A stretch of DNA of 64,000 nucleotides, taken from positions 72,542,001-72,606,000 of the forward strand of contig NC_058368.1 of NCBI RefSeq assembly GCF_018350175.1. The letters are read 5' to 3'. The notes beneath the pieces are model-generated. The model saw only the letters and a list, made by a program, of their open reading frames with translations, made no database searches and had not been told where the DNA came from. This document shows, in pieces, positions 63,819 to 64,000 of the stretch; positions within the stretch are counted from its first letter, which is position 1; every line of letters starts with the position of its first letter. The DNA comes from Felis catus (Eukaryota). A program made the translations under genes and the position numbers.

Positions 63819-64000
63819 GGGGTACCTGGGTGGCTCAGTCAGTTAAGCATCAGACTCTTGATTTCGGCTCAGGTCATGATCTCATGGTTTGTGGGATTGA
63901 GCCCCACTTGGGTCTTTGCGCTGAGTGTGAAGCCTGCTTGGCATTCTGTCTCTTTCTCTCTCTCTCTCTCTCTTTCTCCCTCTGCCCCTCCCAAGATTGT
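63819..64000 (+). mobile_element. Can-SINE, runs to the window edge
   Basis: ggggtacctgggtggctcagtcagttaagc head and (CT)n. Confidence 0.9.

Noticed and set aside
1..64000. A novel multi-gene system or horizontally acquired insert
   Set aside because: All coding signal is explained by the ITGBL1-FGF14 convergent pair and common repeats; no foreign-composition block or unexplained long ORF was seen.

Overview
Mammalian genomic DNA, almost certainly from a felid (felid-type Can-SINEs and carnivore L1). The window holds the tail-to-tail 3' ends of two genes. On the + strand are the last four exons of ITGBL1 (integrin beta-like 1): 19394-19510, 35072-35218, 42693-42806 and 43283-43374 with stop. 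On the - strand are the last two exons of FGF14: 53726-53924 and 50477-50613 with stop. All junctions are GT-AG and splice in frame. The rest is intron and 3' UTR carrying about 15 Can-SINEs, L1, L2, MIR, MaLR/ERVL LTRs, MER DNA transposons and microsatellites. Nearly all other ORF-track entries are spurious. I see no new multi-gene system. The most interesting signals are two face-to-face poly(A)-signal pairs (~48.5 kb and ~39.0 kb) plus a 16.7-kb SINE-free zone. Together they suggest a very long FGF14 3' UTR overlapping ITGBL1 in antisense. Also notable are a recursive-splice-like AG|GTAAAT acceptor, a weak last donor with an in-frame stop, and a templated-insertion scar at 1.6 kb. Repeat family names, exon numbers and human comparisons come from memory, not from searches.
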